A DNA stretch of 60,416 nt, filler included. It is 5 parts of 5 records of this genome, joined end to end, with 100 filler letters (N's around TTAATTAATTAA, not from the genome) between each part and the next. Parts side by side here need not be neighbours in the genome. Positions count along the whole stretch, not along the records: positions 49,487 to 60,416 come from DRR723986_4824; 4 more parts are not named here. One strand, given 5' to 3'. Below are positions 57,142 to 60,416 of the stretch, one piece after another (within the stretch, counting starts at the first letter, position 1; every line of letters begins with the position of its first letter). Position numbers and translations under genes: made by a program. The notes beneath the pieces are model-generated. The model did no database searches. It saw only the letters and a list, made by a program, of their open reading frames with translations, and was not told where the DNA came from.

Positions 57142-59703
57142 ATGTCAGCATTTCCTGACAAGGCACAGATCGTCATCGTCGGTCTCGGCGGTATCGTCGG
57201 CGCGTCGATCGCACATCACCTCATCGAACGCGGCTGGACCGACATTGTCGGCATAGACAAGTCCGGCATTCCGACCGACATCGGTTCGACGGCCCATGCG
57301 TCCGACTTCTGCTACACCACCAGCCACGACTACCTGTCCGTCTGGACCACCCAGTACTCCATCGACTTCTTCGACAAGATGGGTCACTACGCCCGCGTCG
57401 GCGGTCTGGAAGTCGCGCGCACCGGCGACGACACCTGGATGGAGGAAATCAAGCGCAAGGTGACCTCGGGCAAGGCCTTCGGCACCAATGTGCGCCTCGT
57501 GACCCCGGCCGAGATCAAGGAAAAGTTTCCGCTGATCGAAGAGGACATGGTCCAGGGCGGCATGTGGGACCCGGATGCAGGTCTCGTCATCCCGCGCTCG
57601 CAGACGGTAGCAGGCAAGCTCGTTGACGAAGGCGAGAAGACCGGCAAGCTAAAAGCCTTTGCCAATACCCCGGCCCAGTCCCTTATCGTCGAGGACGGCC
57701 ACATCAAGGGCGTCAAGACCCACCGCGGCACGATCATGGCTGACCATGTCATCGTCTGCGCCGGTCTGTGGGGCCGCCTGATTGCCGAGATGGTTGGCGA
57801 AGACCTGCCGGTAATGCCGGTCGACCATCCGCTGACTTTCTTCGGCCCGTACAACGAATTCGAAGGCACCGGCAAGGACATCGGCTATCCGCTGCTGCGC
57901 GACCAGGGCAACTCCGCCTACATGCGCGACACGGGCGATCCCAAGACGGCCGAAGGCGGCCAGATCGAATGGGGATATTACGAGCCGAACCATCCGCGCA
58001 TGTGCCACCCGCGCGATCTTCTGGAAAAGGATCAGGCCCGCCTGTCCCCCTCCCAGCGCGATCTGGAAATGGAACAGGTCATGGAGCCGCTCGAGCGCGC
58101 CATGGAGCTGACCCCGATCCTGGGTGAGATCGGCTACAACGAAGGCCATTCCTTCAACGGCCTCCTGCAGGTTTCCGCGGCCGGCGGCCCCTCCTGCGGT
58201 GAAAGCCAGAAGGTCCGCGGCCTCTGGTACTGCGTTGCGATCTGGGTCAAGGACGGACCTGGCTACGGGAAGCTGCTGGCTGACTGGATCACCGATGGCC
58301 GGACTGAAATCGACCATGCGTCCATCGACTATTCGCGCTTCTATTCCCACCAGCTGACCGAGAAATACATCGAGGACCGCTGCTACGAAGCTGCGCAGAA
58401 GATCTATTTCCCGGCGATCCACCCGCGTGAGCCTTACCTGACGAGCCGCAGCGTCAAGCGGTCCCCGTTCTACGACCGCGAGGTTGAACTCGGCGGCCAC
58501 TTCATGGAACTGGGCGGCTGGGAACGCGCGCATGGGTATGCCGCCAACGAGCATCTGCTGGAAAAATACGGCGACCGGGTTCCGGTTCGTGAAAACGAAT
58601 GGGATAACCGCCATTTCTGGCGCGTCTCCAACGCCGAGCAGCTCGAACTCAGCGAGAACTGCGGCATCATCAACCTGTCGCACTTCTACATGTTCGACGT
58701 CGAAGGCCCGGACCATGTGGAACTGCTGGAGTGGCTGTGTGCCGCGAAGATCGGCGGCGATGCCAACATCGGCAAGGGTATCTACACCCACTTCCTCGAT
58801 GACGAAGGCAACGTACGTGCCGACCTCACGGTCTTCCGCATGGCAGACCGCTGCCGCATCGTCGACGGTGCAGACGCCGGCCCGCGCGACTATCACTATG
58901 TGAAGCGCATCGCCGAGGACAAAGGCTTCGATGTCACGGTGACCGACGTCAGCGAGCAGTACACCACCATCGGCATCTGGGGCCCGAACGCCCGTGAGAA
59001 CCTGAAGAAAGTGGTTGCCGATCCGGCAGCACTCGATCCGGAGAACTTCCCCTTTGCGGGCATCCGCCAGATCGAGATCGCCGGCAAGTCCGTCATGGCC
59101 CTGCGCCTGTCCTATGTCGGTGAACAGGGCTGGGAACTGCACATGAAGTACGAAGACGGCCTGGCGGTCTGGGACGCTCTGCGGTCCACGGGTGTTATCG
59201 CGGTCGGCGTCGAAACCTACGCCAACTCGCGCCGCATGGAAAAATCACTGCGCCTGCAGAACGCCGATCTTCTGACCCAGTACAACCTCCTGGAGGCTGA
59301 TCTGGCCCGCCCGAAGGTCAAGGAAGCGGATTTCCGCGGCAAGGCAAAACACGTCGAGTACCGGGAGCGGGACAAGCAACCGGCCATGCTCTGCACGCTG
59401 GTGATGCTTGAGAACACAGATGCAAGCGGTGTCAAACGTTACCCGGTCGGCGCGATGCCGGTGCAGGATCCGGACACGGGCAAGACGCTGGTCGACAGCC
59501 TGGGCCGTATTTCCTACACGACCTCGGTCGCCTATGGCCCGACCATCGGCAAGAACATCGCTCTTGCCTACCTGCCGCAGGAGTACTGCCAGGTCGGCCG
59601 CAAGCTGAATGTCGAGTATTTCTCGGAAACCTACCCGGTCGAGGTCGCCGGTGTCGGCTATCAGCCGCTCTACGATCCGGAAAACCAGAAACCTCGGTCC
59701 TGA
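57142..59703 (+). CDS. FAD/THF-dependent N-methyl-amino-acid demethylase (dimethylglycine oxidase/dehydrogenase-like, GcvT family)
   Basis: N-terminal dinucleotide fold, GSTAHAS (flavinylation His position), GGWERAH, GcvT domain LSYVGEQGWEL, RMEK, PLYDPEN. Confidence 0.9.
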   Translation: MSAFPDKAQIVIVGLGGIVGASIAHHLIERGWTDIVGIDKSGIPTDIGSTAHASDFCYTTSHDYLSVWTTQYSIDFFDKMGHYARVGGLEVARTGDDTWMEEIKRKVTSGKAFGTNVRLVTPAEIKEKFPLIEEDMVQGGMWDPDAGLVIPRSQTVAGKLVDEGEKTGKLKAFANTPAQSLIVEDGHIKGVKTHRGTIMADHVIVCAGLWGRLIAEMVGEDLPVMPVDHPLTFFGPYNEFEGTGKDIGYPLLRDQGNSAYMRDTGDPKTAEGGQIEWGYYEPNHPRMCHPRDLLEKDQARLSPSQRDLEMEQVMEPLERAMELTPILGEIGYNEGHSFNGLLQVSAAGGPSCGESQKVRGLWYCVAIWVKDGPGYGKLLADWITDGRTEIDHASIDYSRFYSHQLTEKYIEDRCYEAAQKIYFPAIHPREPYLTSRSVKRSPFYDREVELGGHFMELGGWERAHGYAANEHLLEKYGDRVPVRENEWDNRHFWRVSNAEQLELSENCGIINLSHFYMFDVEGPDHVELLEWLCAAKIGGDANIGKGIYTHFLDDEGNVRADLTVFRMADRCRIVDGADAGPRDYHYVKRIAEDKGFDVTVTDVSEQYTTIGIWGPNARENLKKVVADPAALDPENFPFAGIRQIEIAGKSVMALRLSYVGEQGWELHMKYEDGLAVWDALRSTGVIAVGVETYANSRRMEKSLRLQNADLLTQYNLLEADLARPKVKEADFRGKAKHVEYRERDKQPAMLCTLVMLENTDASGVKRYPVGAMPVQDPDTGKTLVDSLGRISYTTSVAYGPTIGKNIALAYLPQEYCQVGRKLNVEYFSETYPVEVAGVGYQPLYDPENQKPRS

Positions 59704-59787
59704 TGACCAAGGCCCGTGACAGGCAACGACGTGCCACGGGCTGACCTCAGATCACAAGAACAAGCTAAAGCCCCATCTCACGACCCC

Positions 59788-59814
59788 AAAAAGCGCCGCT
59801 CGTCGGCGCTTTTT
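59788..59814. terminator. Bidirectional intrinsic terminator
   Basis: AAAAAGCGCCG-CTCGT-CGGCGCTTTTT between convergent genes. Confidence 0.85.
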
Positions 59815-59838
59815 CCTTTCGTGGCACGCGCGGCGGCC

Positions 59839-60416
59839 TTAGCCGCCCCGCATGACAATCCCTTCGTCGACCCATCTGTCGAAAACGCCAAGCGCAGCAT
59901 CCGCAAACGCCTTGTCGTTGATATGCGCCGAAACCTCGGTCGTCTCGATGCGGCCTGGGAAGACTGTCCTGACTTCGTCGATGAAGGCCGCCAGCCCCTC
60001 CGGATCGTGGGCTTCCTCGCCCTCCTTGTCCCAGGCCTCGATACCGCCAAGCGGCAACAGGAAATGGGTCGGCCCCTTGGCCGCCTCCAGCCGGTCGGCG
60101 AGTGCATTCGCCCACTGACGGCGCTCCTGCGGGTTGAAGACGGAGCTCTTGATCAGACGATTGTGCTCGTGAAACGGCCTGTCGGCATATTGCGCCGGGA
60201 TTTCCTGCCAGCCGGCAAAATCCACCAGATCAAGCGCGCCCGGCGCCACGATCTGCGGCGTGCCCAGCCTGCCTGCATTCTGCAGCCGGTCCGGCCCGCT
60301 GCTGACCAGCGACCCTGCTAGGAGATTGCCGAATTCCTGCAGACAGAAATCCATGACGCAGCAGAAGGCTCCCTCCCGCGCCAGGCTTTCAAAAGCCATG
60401 CCGCCCATGCCGGTGG
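59839..60416 (-). CDS. UPF0261 / Tm-1-like ATP-binding domain protein (5' end beyond the window)
   Basis: TGMGGMAFE, GPDRL, PQIVAPGALD, HEHN, LPLGG, HINDKAF. Confidence 0.85.
   Translation of the reverse strand, partial: TGMGGMAFESLAREGAFCCVMDFCLQEFGNLLAGSLVSSGPDRLQNAGRLGTPQIVAPGALDLVDFAGWQEIPAQYADRPFHEHNRLIKSSVFNPQERRQWANALADRLEAAKGPTHFLLPLGGIEAWDKEGEEAHDPEGLAAFIDEVRTVFPGRIETTEVSAHINDKAFADAALGVFDRWVDEGIVMRGG

Noticed and set aside
51578-59142. Long antisense ORFs (478 aa at 51578-53014, 497 aa at 57649-59142; similarly 489 aa at 35356-36825)
   Set aside because: They lie opposite well-supported genes in GC-rich DNA and show no protein motifs.
1-60416. CRISPR arrays, IS elements, integrases, prophage genes, rRNA
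   Set aside because: None seen: no regularly spaced repeats and no transposase, recombinase or phage motifs in the ORFs.

Overview
This window is not one continuous locus. It consists of five contigs joined by identical 100-nt artificial linkers (44 N + TTAATTAATTAA + 44 N), and the contigs probably come from several marine Proteobacteria (taxonomy is inferred from gene content and codon style). (1) 1-21222, gammaproteobacterial core genome: glnA with a sigma54 promoter and NtrC sites, thiI, typA, pip, dtd, an outer-membrane protein, an RND pump, and an extended glyoxylate cluster (aceK, F420-type LLM oxidoreductase, rraA, an orphan ADP-ribosyltransferase-fold gene, aceA divergent from glcB). 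(2) 21323-27156, Marinobacter-like: a TonB-dependent receptor divergent from an SsuABC/NitT-type ABC importer plus nnrS, followed by a hemerythrin-GGDEF gene. One FNR/DNR box sits at class-II distance from both divergent -10 elements, next to two Fur-like boxes. This is the best candidate for an undescribed system. (3) 27257-33111, Roseobacter-like: ECF sigma/anti-sigma/periplasmic sensor, tadG-tadE-tadE, gdhA. (4) 33212-49386, Roseibium/Rhizobiales-like catabolic region next to tRNA-Ser(CGA): TetR with tandem RutR-like operators, a CoxMSL-type molybdenum hydroxylase, a TRAP transporter whose binding protein lacks the carboxylate-binding Arg, a LysR/hydroxyacid dehydrogenase/aldolase/TTT unit and a LysR/SDR unit. 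(5) 49487-60416: ABC ATPase, MCP, histidine phosphatase, an exported caspase-like protease followed by two apparently paralogous exported proteins, a DMGO-like GcvT-family flavoprotein and a UPF0261 protein. All calls come from motifs read by eye; no database searches were run.
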